DNA of 64,000 bases from Chrysomallon squamiferum (GCA_012295275.1 CM022667.1:11346001-11410000); one strand, 5' to 3'. Shown: positions 12,523 through 29,095, counted from the first letter of the stretch. A program made the numbers and translations. The notes: generated by a model from the letters alone, not told the origin.

Positions 12523-13831
12523 CATATTCAGAAGCTGCCTTTTATTAACTGATTTCTGTAACCTTGTTTTTAGCCTCAACACTAAACAGTTTCGTTGGAT
12601 TAAGAATCCAGTATTTGACCACGTCACAATGACTCAAAACGTCATCGTATCTATAGATGACGTCACAGTGGTATCTCAGTGTATCATGCACTGTGTAAAT
12701 AAGGAAAAATGTCTGTCAGTTTCGTTCAATATTGAGGAGCGAACTTGCAAACTTTACTCAGTGAACCGAATCGACATTACAAAGTCTGTGACTTCAACAG
12801 GCAGTCGCTATTACTCAATGCTTTTAGGTAAATCACTATAATTTTTATCTATTTTCTCCATTTTAAAGTATCTATCTAACTATCCATATAGATAGAGAGT
12901 TAGGTACATAGATAGATAGATAGATAGATAGATACATACATACATACATACATTCATATATACATACAGATATATATATTTCATTATTACTGAAAGTGAG
13001 AAAACTTTAATGATTCAAGGAAAGCAGTTTGAAAGATGCTTTTTATAACAAATTAATTGTTATTGTAGATGACTGTCCAACTCAAGATGGATTCGTTCTA
13101 CTACAAGATGTTGCTCTGTGTTTGAAAATGTCCACGACAACTAAACAGTGGAAGCAAGCTCGAGATGACTGCAATAACATTGGTTCTCGACTGATTGTGG
13201 TGGACACAAAGGAGAAGAATTCAGCAGTCACCAATTATGTGAAATCCATTCTCGATGTCAGTAATGCTACAGGTATGCGATAAATATATTATTATTATTA
13301 TTTATTTATTTTATTTTGCATTTAAATAACTGCAGAAACTGGATAATTTTAGAATAACTGATATCTTGAGAAGATAACCAGATATTTGCTTTCTGCTGCA
13401 GGCATTAATGACTGTTTTGTGCGTGTGTGTGTGAGTGTATATGTGTGTGTGTATGTTTGTGTTTATGTATGTATGTATGTATGTATGTATGTACGTGTGT
13501 GTGGATAGATGGATAGAAAAGCGGATGAACAAAAAAAGTGACGTTGTATCACTTGTAAAGAATATATATATATATTCATATATGTTCTAAGCAATAACAT
13601 CTGTTTTACTCAGGAGATACTGACATAGCTATTGCTTTGACGGATGAGAAAAACGAAGGTGTGTTTGTCTGGGAAAATGGAAATAATCTCACTTTCTCTA
13701 ACTGGCGTCCTGGGGAGCCGAACAATTGGGGTGAACACGAGCACTGTGTTTCACTGCTTCCTGATACTGGACGCTGGATTGACTACACATGTACGAGATC
13801 GAGTTACTACGTTTGTGAAAAAACAGTGTGA
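12033..13831 (+). CDS. Secreted PAN/Apple + C-type lectin protein (gene D, ~243 aa, EPN/WID)
   Basis: Exons 12033-12088 (MECYSILLLVLSFVSAAI), 12574-12827 (PAN: SQCIMHCVNKEKCLSVSFNIEERTCKLYS), 13069-13272, 13614-13831 (NWRPGEPNNWGEHEHC..GRWIDYTC..YVCEK). GT-AG introns, 732 nt in frame. Confidence 0.92.
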
Positions 13832-13941
13832 CTGCAGGATGTCTTTTCATGTCACTGTTTGTTTGATGCAGAATACAGGAAACATTTGGTGGCTTGATGT
13901 ATAATGTAGTTGTTGTTGTCATTATTATTATTATTATTATA

Positions 13942-13983
<42 letters not shown>

Positions 13984-14694
13984 TAATTAATATTAGATAT
14001 TAGTCTAATCATTATGATCATTGTATTTATTTAAATGGTTCTCCTTGCTATTCTGCGTTGCTGATATTTGCTGATAAACTGTCAATAATAAAATTGTTTT
14101 GCTATTTATCTATTTGTAATCATTGCCTCTTTGTCTCTCTGCATCTATCTGTCCATCTATCTGTGTATCAGTCTCTCTATCAGTCCATCCATCCATCCAT
14201 TCATCGATCAATCAGTCTCTCAATCTGTGTATGTATCTCACAACAGACTATGAATTTTTACAACAGACAAAATAAACGCTGATTTAAATAAAGCTTCACA
14301 ACTGATATTTCTGCATTTTTTTATTATGTACTTCTTTTCTTTCATAGAACGGTTTATATAATGGAGATTAAATAATTACTGCCTTTCTGAATCTGAATGG
14401 TACAGAATCAAATTAATAATATCATTTTGTTCTGCAGTACTCTTATAATCAGGAATGTTTTTAGTAATCTGTTTTATTATTGTGTGTATGATTGCCTCTC
14501 TGTCTGTTCTTTTTTCTTTTCTTTTTTCTTTTGTTGTTGCATTTCTGTGTTTGTTTGTTTTCCTTTCTTTTACATTTTCTTTATACTGGATTAGTAATCA
14601 TAAATTAGTAATAAATTAATAAATAAAAGTGAAAATAAACAAAATAAAGGAAAAAAAGAAAACAAATCCCTCAAATGACAAAACTAACATTAAT

Positions 14695-14948
14695 AAGGCT
14701 GTTGAATAATGGCGACTGCCTATTGAAGACAAAGAAGTGGTAATGTCGGTGCGGATCACTGAATAAAGTATCATACTCCCTCCTCTTTACTGAACGAAAG
14801 TGACAGGCATTGTTAATTATTCATGACAGACTCCATGACACATTGAGATACCACTGTGACGTCATTTGTAGAGACGATGACGTGTTTCGTCATTGTGACA
14901 TAGTCAGACTCTGATTTCTTATTTCGGCGAAAGTGTTCAGAGTTCCGG
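14695..14948 (-). pseudogene. Inverted PAN exon relic 1
   Basis: RNSEHFRRNKKSESDYVTMTKHVIVSTNDVTVVSQCVMESVMNN*QCLSLSFSKEEGV* with in-frame stops at 14815-14813 and 14773-14771. Confidence 0.85.
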
Positions 14949-15021
14949 CTAAAAACAAGGTTACACAAGTCACTTAAGAAAACTGTACCAAGAGCTTTTA
15001 GAGATGGCGATGTATATATAA

Positions 15022-15086
<65 letters not shown>

Positions 15087-15126
15087 TAATAATAATCATC
15101 ATCATAGTAATAATAATACACGTTTC

Positions 15127-15173
<47 letters not shown>

Positions 15174-15230
15174 TGTATATAAAATAATAATACAATAACA
15201 ATAATAATAATAATACAGATGTTTCATTCC

Positions 15231-15299
<69 letters not shown>

Positions 15300-15464
15300 T
15301 GTACAGCAAAAGAAGTTTCGAAAAATAATTGGAAACAAAAATAGACACAATGCCAACACACAAGGATGTTAAGTAACATAACTGACAGCACACTGCCTTT
15401 TTATGTCAAATAATATATTACTACTTTTAGCGGTAAACCAGTTCTCCTGAATCTGATGAACGCT

Positions 15465-15620
15465 TCAAGATGGTTTCTTTCTACTACGAGATGTTGGTCT
15501 GTGTTTGAAAATGTCCACAACAGTTCAACAGCGGAAAAAAGGTCGAGATGACTGCATTGAGATTGGATCTCGGCTGATTGTTGTGGATACAGAGGAGAAG
15601 AATTTAAAAATTGTTACTGT
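15465..15620 (+). pseudogene. 5'-truncated CTL exon-3 relic
   Basis: QDGFFLLRDVGLCLKMSTTVQQRKKGRDDCIEIGSRLIVVDTEEKNLKIV. Lacks the acceptor; paralogous to the relic at 11123-11290. Confidence 0.8.
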
Positions 15621-16266
15621 GTTTTTTTATTTATTATCGAATCTTTTGATTATTTCACCGTAAATTATTTGATCAAACAATTTCCTCGGATTTTTTAATT
15701 AAAATTTCATAACATATATTCCGTCACAACTGAAAAAAGGTTTATGCTAGATTTGAACACACACATATTTCGTTTTCTGAATCATTATGAATTTAGTGTC
15801 ATTTAGTACTTTTTGCTTGCTATCATTAATTTTACATTACATTATCTCTTGCTACTAAGAATGAAACGAGCAGACCAAACATTGAAAAGATGACAATGAA
15901 TAAATTGAACCGACATTTCTTGTCGTGATTATTTTCTTTACAGAGATTAGTCAGAAAAGAATACTGATTCTATAAATCTAACAATAAAATTGATTTCACT
16001 TTTGTAAACTGTGGAAGGCATACGCTACGGGTTAGTTAATTCCGAACGAAACGGTTGATTTTGCTTTGATGTTTTAATTTAAGTAATATCATAATTAGTA
16101 TTATTTTGATTATGTTCTACAAGTTTACCAGAATCAGCCCAGCGATCCGTCAGAGGAAACATTCATCAAAAATGATTAAAATATCAGTTATTAATATTTT
16201 AATTTTCAACTATTTCATTATCACCTGCGCTTATATTTGCAGGCATAATTTGTATAAAACAGTTTT

Positions 16267-16337
16267 ATAAAGGTAACGTCTGGGTACGTTGTAAGTCAGT
16301 AAAACAGCGGAGTTTACGAGTAACAGTCTCTGTAATC
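16267..16337 (+). promoter_or_regulatory. TATA box + initiator core promoter of gene E (conserved in F, H and relics)
   Basis: TATAAA at 16267 and TCAGT at 16296 (29 bp apart). Same block at 23455/23485 (gene F), at ~37571 on the minus strand (gene H) and at ~33722. Confidence 0.65.
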
Positions 16338-18786
<2,449 letters not shown>

Positions 18787-19907
18787 GATGTCTTTAGGTG
18801 TCACTGTTTGTTTGATGCAGAATACAGGAAACATTCAGGAGGTTGATGAACAATGTAGTTGTTGTTGTTGTCATTTTAATTATTATTATTATTATATATT
18901 ATTATTATTATTATTATTATTGTTGTTGTTATTGTTGTTGATGTTGTTGTTGTTATTATTATTTTATTTAATATTAGATATTATTGTAATCATTATCATT
19001 ATTGTATTTATTTACATGTTTCTTCTTGATATTCCATGTTGTTGATATTCGTGGGTGCGAAGCGGTCAATAATAGAGTAGTTCTAATCACTCCCTCTCTC
19101 TCTCTCTCTCTCTGCATCTATCTTTCTATCTCTGTATCAGTCTATCTTTCTATATGTATCTCATTCTCTCTTTCTTTCTTTTCCTTTCTTTGTAATAACA
19201 TTTCTTTCTCGTTTTCTATGTCTATGCTTCTATACGTCTATATTTCTATCTATATAGCTGTCGGTCTGTCTGTCTGTCTATTTGTCTGTCTGTCTGTCTA
19301 TCTGTCTGTCTCCGGCCATTCGGACTGACCACGTTTACTGAATATATATTTTTATTTTTTATTTATTATTATTTTTTTAAATTAAGTTTTCTCTACCCAG
19401 TATATGTTTTCAGTTAATCTTATTCTTATTAATACTTCCTAGCTTTCTCTTCAGCGAAGATCTAATCACATCTCGTTAAATTGGAGAATAATATATAATT
19501 TTAATAATGCTTTACAACTGATCTTTTTATGTTTTGTTATCATGTTTTTCTTTTCTTTCATAAAACGGTTTTTATGATGGAGATTAACAAATTACTTCAT
19601 TTCTTAATGTGAATAGTACAGAATAAAATTAGTAAAACCATTTTGTGCTGCAGTTCGTTTTATGGTCAGGAATGTTTTTAGTAATCTGTTTTATTACTGT
19701 CTGCATGATTGCCTGTCTGTCTTTTTTTCTTTCTTTTTTTTTTTTTGTTTTTCTTTTCTGTGTTTGTTTTTTCTTTTCCTTTATTTTATGTCTTTTTAAT
19801 ACTGGATTAATAATCCTAAATTAGTAACAAATTAATAAATAAAAGTGAAAATAAATAAAATTAGCAAAGAAACAAAATAAAGCTCTCAAATGACCAAATA
19901 AATATTA

Positions 19908-20161
19908 ATAATGCTGTTGAATAATGGCGACTGCCTATTCAAGACAAAGATTTGGTAATGTCGGTGCGGATCACTGAATAAAGCAGTCATACTCCCTCCT
20001 CTTTACTGAACGAAAGTGACAGGCATTGTTAGTTATTCACAGACTCCATGACACATTGAGATACCACTGTGACGTCATTTGTAGAGACGATGACGTTTTT
20101 CGTCATTGTGACATCGTCAGACTCTGAGTTCTTATTCCGGCGAAAGTGTCTACAGTTCCGG
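19908..20161 (-). pseudogene. Inverted PAN exon relic 2
   Basis: RNCRHFRRNKNSESDDVTMTKNVIVSTNDVTVVSQCVMESVNN*QCLSLSFSKEEGV*LLYSVIRTDITKSLS*. Same first two stops as relic 1. Confidence 0.85.
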
Positions 20162-20425
20162 CTTTAAAAAATAAAAAAAGTTACACAAGCCAGTTACGAA
20201 AGTGGGAACAAGAATTTTTAGAGACGGACATATATAGATATACACATATATAGATTAGATACACAAATGCACAGATAGGCAAACAGAGAGAGGCCAACAG
20301 ACAAATAAATATATATATAGACAGACAGACAGGTAGAATGATACATAGACAGAAAGATAGACAGATAGATAGATAGGTAGATAAAGAGACAGACAGACAG
20401 ACAGATAGCCAAACTAACAGATAGA

Positions 20426-20463
<38 letters not shown>

Positions 20464-20527
20464 TATCTATATATATAGATGGATGGATAGGTAGATAGAT
20501 AGATAGACAGACAGACAGATATATAGA

Positions 20528-20559
<32 letters not shown>

Positions 20560-21729
20560 TGGATAGAAAGATAGCTAGACAGGTAACTGAATAAATAAAT
20601 TACTGTGTAATACATGGTGAGGCAAATAGATAGATATTCAGCTAGACAGCTGTGTGAATAAATGAGTAACAGCGATACACGGAGATACACAGACAGAGAG
20701 AGCAATTAGAGCTTCGAAAATATAATTGGAAAAAAATAATAGTGTGATACACTGTCAGACACAATGCCAACCGGACTTGGATGTTAAGTAGCATAACTGA
20801 CACTACACTGCCTTTATACGTCAAATACTTTATTACTATGTTTAGTGTTACATGTAAACCAGGTCTTATGAATCTGTTGAATGCTTCATTAAAGAATGAA
20901 TGGAACTAAAGATAAATGTTACTAAAAGCATCAGAGAATACAAATCATTGAAGAATAAGCATTTTCTGGTAAAAACAAATGATAAGGTATATGCTACAAG
21001 TTGCCCATATATGAACTGCCAGTCAAACATAAACACATAAAATGTGTTCTGTTGCACATTATTATTTTATTTTATTTTATTTTTGGCATCTGTATAATGT
21101 GACTGAAAATAAAGATATTACTGAAAAGGGGATAACAAAATTTACCTAGTTTGGTACCTAAAATTAATAGCATTATCGAATTTTCTTTTTTTATTATTAT
21201 TATTATTTTATTTTATTTTATTTTTTTTATGTACTCACCCACTGTATATATGCATATATACTGTGGGTTCGTAGATAAATGAAAAAATATATATATAAAA
21301 TAAAATAAACAATATATATATAGCACCGTTATTAATCCGAAAACAAAATGTTACCTATTACTTGTTTTCCTTGGTCAGGGATAAAAGCTCTTTTATTATT
21401 TTCTGTCTGAGCGACTCAGTAGGTTTCTGAAATTTAACAATTACATATCAATACATGTACAATTTTCTGATTGTGAGATACAGTTCATGAATTAAAGACG
21501 TTGACATTTACAGAACATTCTACGTTTCGATACGCTTCTGAAATTTAAGACTTGTTACGTTTCTTTATTTATTTTCATCTGAAGCTTTTGTTTATCTAAG
21601 CATTATTTGGGGTGCTATTAATAAATCACATAAATCGTTTTCTTTCTGTCGTCCCATGTATTCCCCATTCCTATAAGATGTTTTTTAAAATTAGTCTCAT
21701 CTGAAATTAATTTAATTTTCCTTCGAAAC

Positions 21730-22350
21730 GATGTTTTTCTTTTTAAAATCGAGCAGAATTTTGATTAGGAACCTTAGAAGAAAAATGTTTGAATAAAAAG
21801 TTCTCTAATTTTTCGCAAAACACAAAACAAACAAACAACAACAACGACAAACAAAAACGTTCCCGATCAAGCGTAATTTCTGAAAAGAGCAATTTCTGTT
21901 CTTTCTACTGGACACAGAGATTTTTCTGATGATATTAGGGCGAAATTACTGGACGCGTTAAACGACGTTGACTCGTTGTTCAGAAATGAACTTCGACAGC
22001 GATCTATTTTCTCACTAAGTGTATACCAATGGGTTGTGGAGGAAACTGCGATCTATGAACTTATATTAAGAAATTTACTATCATAATAACAGAATGACGC
22101 GACACATGGATAGCAAATCGTATTAATAATTTTGTCTTGTTAAAAAAAAAAAAAAAAAAAAAAAAACATTCATATATTTTTGTTCCAGGAAGCGAAGTTT
22201 ACCAATTCAAGGGAGGTAAGTTGTGATCGCTGTGTTTGTGGATTTCAGTCCCTTTGACTTAGACTTTAACGTTAGTTTGTTTTAGTCCAACGTTTCAGTT
22301 TGTTCTGGTGAATAATTGCACACGTTTTCAAAAAGGTTTTTATTCTGATT
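21730..22350. repeat. Dispersed repeat; inverted second copy at ~1875-2440
   Basis: Shared blocks in reverse complement: ctggtgaataattgcacac..ttttcaaaaa, aagggaggtaa, tttttgttccagga, tttttctgatgatatta, ttaaacgacg.tgactcgttg.tcagaaatgaact, ggaaccttagaa. Confidence 0.7.
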
Positions 22351-22891
22351 TAAAAAAATAAAATAAATATAAAAAAGAAGAAGTAAATAAAAAATTGGTT
22401 TGATGGAATTAAATGGAATATTTTTTTGGAGAGCACCTGATAAATTGTCACGTGTTCACATATAATAATAACAACAAAAAAAAAATAAAAAAAAAAAGAG
22501 GAAATAAATGAATAAATAAGTAAAGAAAATATAAATAATATTAATAAGAACAATAACAATAACAACAGCAACAACAACACAATAACAACAATAATAACAG
22601 TAATAATAGTAATAATGATAGTAATAATAATATAATAATAATATAATAATAATGTTAGAAACGATTTCTTCAATAATAACTAGCTGTATGGAGATCAGTC
22701 AGAAGAGGATACTGATTACATAAATCTAACAATAAAATACTGATTGTTTTTACTTTTGTACACTGGAATAATACTTGTTTATTGACTCCGGACAAAACGG
22801 TTAATTTTGCTTTCTATTTATTGTTACAATCTTCTTCTTCTTCTTCTTCTTACTATTATTATTATTATTATTTTTATTATATTTATTATGA

Positions 22892-22962
<71 letters not shown>

Positions 22963-23085
22963 TTTGAATCAGTTTACCAGGATGAGCCCAGCGATGCATC
23001 AAAGGAAATAAATAAAAAATTCAGTTTATAACCTTTTTCTCACAAATAACAATAACAACAACAACAACAACAGCAACAATAATAA

Positions 23086-23148
<63 letters not shown>

Positions 23149-23525
23149 AAATAAAAAATAAAATTAATAAAAATAGATAAATAACAATTGTTTTCTTAAA
23201 CCTTTATTTTATTAATTATTAATCCATTTGATTCCAATTAGCTTAGAAAGAAAGATATTTTAGGATTGCCTTTGTGATTTCATAGACATATATATTTGAT
23301 TTGTTTTCCTTAAATTGAGCTTTTCTCATTCCAGACACACTCCTCATGAATATTCAGTACCTCCATTCATTTACCTGATTAATTTATTTCCTTTTTCACT
23401 TGCTTGATTGCTATATGTGCTTATATTTGTAGGCATAATTTTTATAAAACAGTTTATAAAGGTAACGGCTGGGCACATTGTAAGTCAGTAAACAGCGGAG
23501 TTTACGAGTAACAATCTCTGTAATC

Positions 23526-23756
23526 ATGGAATGTTATTCTGTTCTGTTTTTCGTTTCTTTTTCTATCACTGCGGCAATCAGGTATCTACTAATATACTTT
23601 AAGTTTGATTATAAACGTGTGTTTTGAAATGTTTCATCGTGTCAAACCCTTGATATATTTTTTCTACATTTTGTTTTAAAATTTCATTTTTTATAGAAGG
23701 ATAGATAGATGGATAGATAGATAGATACATAGATAGATAGATAGATAGATAGATAT

Positions 23757-23833
<77 letters not shown>

Positions 23834-24802
23834 CAGAGTGAGTAAAGCAAATGAGAAACTTTACTAAGTATATATTATATGGTCCATCTATATATATATG
23901 TCTGTGTATGGACACAAACAAACACACACACACACACACACACACACGAGCGCGCGCTCGCTCGCGCGCTTTTATAATTTTAAAAAGCTGCCTTATATTA
24001 AATGATTTCTGTAATATTGTTTTTAGCCTCACCACTAAACAGTTTCGTTGGCATAAGAACTCAGAGTTTGACGACGTCACAATGACGGAAAACGTCATCG
24101 AATCTATAGATGACGTCACAGTGGTATCTCAGTGTATCATGCAGTGTCTAAATAACGAAAAATGCCTGTCAGTTTCGTTCAATAGTGAAGAGCGATATTG
24201 CAAGCTTTACTCAGTGAAACGGATCGACATTACAAAATCTTTGACTTCATCAGGCAGTCGCCATTACTCAATTGGTTTAGGTAAATGAATATAAATACAA
24301 TTTATTTTGTTCATTTCAAAGTATATATATGTGTGTGTGTGTGTGCGTGTGTGTGTGTATACACACACACATGTCAATGTTATGCCAATCCACCTATTTA
24401 TTATTGAAAATAAAAACACATTAATGATACAAAGAAAGCAGTTTCAAAGGTGTTTTTCTAACAACTTAATTCTTATTGTAGGTGACTGTCCAACTCAAGA
24501 TGGTTTCTTTCTACTACGAGATGTTGGTCTGTGCTTGAAAATGTCCACAACAGCAAAAAAGTGGAAGCAAGCTCGAGACGACTGTGCTAAGATTGGTTCT
24601 CGACTGATTGTTTTGGACACAAAGGAGAAGAATTCAGCAGTCACCAATTATCTGAGGTCCATTGTCGTCGATGTCAGTAGTGAAACAGGTACAGTTGGGT
24701 TGCTCATATACATATGTTTATCTCTGTGTGTTTCTTTTTACTGTATCTATGTATCTATTTATTTAAATATGAGAAATCGTTTACATGATACTTAAAACAG
24801 AA

Positions 24803-24871
<69 letters not shown>

Positions 24872-25673
24872 TGTACGTACTTACGTACACACACTTAGAT
24901 ATATGTACATATGTGTGTGTGTTTTAGGATTTTGAATATTCTGTGTTTTATGTACGTCTGATTAGACTTTGCACATAGACAATATTCGGGAACGCACTGG
25001 CGCAGGAGGACAAAGTTCAATCACGACCTCACAAACCCGTCAGATGCCGCTGATGAGACTCGAACATACGGCACCCAGTCGTCCGGACACATAACGCGAA
25101 AGACATTACCGTTCGGCCATCAACACAACCTTGTGTATGGTTGTGCATGTATTATGTATGTATGTATGTATGTATGTATGTATGTATGTATGTATGTATG
25201 TATGTATGTATGTATGTATGTATATGTACGTATATATGTACACCTGTATGTGTGTATGTGTGTGTCTGTGTATGTGTGTGTGTGTGTATAGATATATATA
25301 TATAGATAGCGAGAGAGAGAGAGAGAGAAATATATGTGTGTGTGTATGCATGGATGGATAGATGGATGGATGGATAGATGGATGGATGGATGTATACGCA
25401 TACTACTGTTCTCATTAGTAAAAATGTATTCTAATCAAGTTCATATAATTTTCAGCAAATATTGTCATTCCTCTTGGTTTGACGGATGAGAAAATCGAAG
25501 GTGTGTTTGTCTGGGAAAATGGGAATAATCTCACTTTCTCCAACTGGTTTCCTAGAGAACCGAACAATGGCGGCGGAAAAGAGGACTGTGCTGCGTTGCT
25601 TTCTAAGTCTGGACGCTGGAACGATTACAGATGCACTAAAGGATATAAATACATTTGTGAAAAACCAGTCTGA
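23526..25673 (+). CDS. Secreted PAN/Apple + C-type lectin protein (gene F, ~244 aa, EPN/WND)
   Basis: Exons 23526-23581 (MECYSVLFFVSFSITAAI), 24027-24280 (PAN), 24482-24688, 25456-25673 (NWFPREPNNGGGKEDC..GRWNDYRC..YICEK). GT-AG introns, 735 nt in frame. Confidence 0.92.
24945..25130 (-). mobile_element. tRNA-derived SINE-like element in intron 3 of gene F
   Basis: Minus strand begins GGTTGTGTTGATGGCCGAACGGTAA (A-box-like TGGCCGAACGG) followed by B-box-like GTTCGAGTCT. GC-rich island. A related head lies at ~1120-1209 (-). Confidence 0.6.
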
Positions 25674-26924
25674 TTGTAAGTCACTTTTGTCTCGGAGTGC
25701 AGGAAACATTCATTTATTCTTGCTGATCATGACGTTGATGATGATTATTGTTGTTGTTGTTGTTGATGCTCTTTAAAAAATAATTTTGTTTTTAATTTTT
25801 TTCTTCTTTTTATATTTCTTTTTATTTTATGTTGTTATTATTATTAAAATTAATTATTATTAATATTGTCTGTCTATCAATCTACCTATCTATCGATTAT
25901 AAATTAATATTAAATATTATCTATCTATCTACCTATCTATCGATGTATCTATCTATCTATCTATCAGTGTATCTCTCTATCAGTCTACCGATCTATAAAT
26001 CCATCCATCCATCCATACATCCATCTGTCTGTCTGTCTATCTGTCTCTTTCTTTCTCCTGCTTTCTCTCTTACAACCTTTCTTTCTCTTTACCTATCTAT
26101 CTATCTATCTATATATCCCTCCATCCATCCATCCGTCCATCATCTATCCATCTATCAATCTATCTATCTATCTATCTATCTAGCTAGCTATCTAGCTATC
26201 TCTCTGTCTCTCTGTATATCACTCAGTCTATTTCTTTCTCTCTGAAATCTCTATCTAACTGTCTCCGGCCATACGGTTTGACCACGTTTACCGAATTTGT
26301 TTTACTTTTTTTTTTACCTAGTGTAATGACCACGCAAGCAAGTTTTCAATTAATCTCACTTTTATGAATACTGCCTATCTTTGTCTTCAGCGAAAATCTA
26401 ATCACATCTCGTTAAATTGGAATTTTTACAACAGATAAAATAACCGCTAATTCTAATAATGCTTCACAACAGAGACTTTTGTATTTTGTTATTATTTTCT
26501 TCTTTGCTTTCATAAAACGGTTTATATCATGGAGATAAACAAATTACTTCCTTTCTTTAATCTGAATGGTACAGAATAAAATTAATAATACTATTTTGCA
26601 CTGCAGTTCGTTTTATGATCAGGAATGGTTTTAGTAATCTGTTTTATTACTGTCTGTATGACTGCCTGTCTCTCTGTCCGTTTTTTCTTTTTCTTTTCTT
26701 TTCTGTACTATTTCTTTTTCGTTCTCGTTGTTCGGTAGTTGTTTTTGTGAGTTTGTTGCTCTTTTATTTTAAGTCTTTGTTTATGCTGTATTAGTAAATC
26801 CTAAATTAGTAATAAATGAAATAGAAAATAAATAAAATTAAGTAAAGAAAAAAAAAAAAAAAAAAAAAAGACAACTTTGAAATGAACAAATAAATATTAA
26901 AATAGTTATTTAGCTAATATTATT

Positions 26925-27255
26925 TGAATAATAGCGACTGCATTTTTATTGATGAAGATTTTGTAATAACGCTGCGGTTCACTGAATACAAACTGCACGC
27001 CCTCTCCTCACCGACAGGAATTCTTTCTTTATAAACACAGTACACGATACACTCGGATATCACTGTGACGTCATCTATAGCGGTGATGACGTTTTCTATC
27101 ATTGTGACGTCGGAAACTCCGTATGATTATTCCAGTGAAACTGATTTTAGAGATACAAACTAAAAGAAGGTTAAAGAAATTAATTAACAAAAGGCAACAA
27201 GAGTGTTTAAAGATGGCGAAAAAATAAATAAAAATAATAGTATTAATAATAATAA

Positions 27256-27299
<44 letters not shown>

Positions 27300-28150
27300 T
27301 ACATGTTTATTTTCTTTTAGCATAGATTATATACACCGACCAAATATACAGATATGCAAACAGAGAGAGAGAGACCAGCAGACCGACAGCGATAGACAGA
27401 CAAACATTCAGACAGAAAGGTGGATGGATGTATATATATACGTACATAGATAGATAAATAGATACATACATACATAGACCAACAGACAGACCAACAGACA
27501 GACAGACAGACAGACAGATAGACAGACAGACAGATAACTGTGTGAATATATGTTTAGATAGGCAGTTGTGTGAATAAATAAATAACAGAGACGTATACAG
27601 ACACACAGCGAGATAGAGACAGACAGACAGAGAGAGAGAGAGAGAGAGAGAGTGTGTGTGTGTTTGTGTGTGTGCAGAAGTTTCGAAAAATAATTTGAAA
27701 AAATAGTGAAGGTGACACATTGTCAGACACAACGCCAGTAATATAACTATCACTATTCTGCCGTGTATGTCAAATAATGTATTACTACTTCTGATGTTAG
27801 ATATGAACCAATTTTTCGTAAACTGATGAATGGTTAAACAAAGAATGAATGAAATTAAAGATAAACGTTACTAAAAACATTAGAGAATACAAATAATTGG
27901 TGAATAACATTTTCTGATTAAAAACAAACGAAAAGTTTTATGATATAAGTTTATAATCAAACAGAAAAGTATATTAATACATATCTCACTGAGATAAAAC
28001 TTAAAACAAAACAACATAATGGAATGTTATTCTATTATTATAGAGATCGTTATTTGTAATCTCAGCTTATTTCCTGTCTCACAATATTACCCAGATTTAA
28101 TTTTGTAAACTGTTTTATACAAATCATCCCAATAAATATAAGCTTATATA
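26925..28150 (-). pseudogene. Inverted relic 3: promoter, disabled signal exon and frameshifted PAN exon
   Basis: PAN remnant ENVITAIDDVTVISECIVYCVYKE..EERACSLYSVNR at 26925-27160. Promoter and exon-1 homology at 27975-28150, with the start codon destroyed. Confidence 0.8.
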
Positions 28151-28461
28151 ACAATCAAGCAACTGAAAAAGCAAATAGTAACAAGGGAGGATAATGTAAT
28201 GTAAAATTAATGATAGCAAAGCAAAAAACAAAAACTGACTCTAAATTCATGTTGATTCAGAGAACGAAATGTTTCTGTATTCTGATTGTTTCACGTCTGA
28301 TGGAACCTATGTTATTAATTTTTAATTCAGAATTCCGTAGATTTATATCCGTGGATATATATATATATATATATATATATATCTGTGACTGTTTGTTTCT
28401 GTGTCAGTGTCAATCATCTTTCTGTATAATATAATATGTCTGCGCGTATGTACACAGAAAC

Positions 28462-28544
<83 letters not shown>

Positions 28545-28546
<2 letters not shown>

Positions 28547-29095
28547 AAGTTGTTAATTATGTTATTATTAAGTAAGCAAGTAAGTTAAAACAAATATCAC
28601 AAGAAAATCTAAACATGAAAACAAACATACAAATAAATAAATCAAACAAACAAACAAACAAACAAACAAACAACATCCAAAAATGACAATTTTTTTTATC
28701 ATCAATTTTTTTTTATAGTTCCAGAAGATAGAACGAAACAAAAATAATAATAAGAAGAAACAAACAAATAAACAAACAAAAAAACAAACAAACAAACAAA
28801 CAAACAAACAAACAAATAAACAAATAAATAAATAAATAAATAAATAAAATTACAAAAATTAAAATAGTAAGAGATAGACATACTGTTCTTACTTTTAAGT
28901 TTGTCCCTTTATATAGAGAAATGTTTCCTAGATAACGTCATAACAGCAAAAACGTCACAGATACACAAACAACGTAGGTTTTTTCTTACACTGTGAATGA
29001 AATTTCAGGCATACAACAGTTTTCTCCCTTCGTTGCTACACGGTAGCATGTTGCACATTCTCTCTTTTGACATTCCTGATATTTCAGGTAAATGT
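28545..29095 (+). pseudogene. Orphan copy of gene I promoter and first exon
   Basis: Reverse-complement homology to 46225-46800 (tgaatgaaattt.agg..tacaacagttttctccctt, cggtagcatgttgca, ttcctg.tatttcaggtaa). No downstream PAN/CTL exons recognised. Confidence 0.7.
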
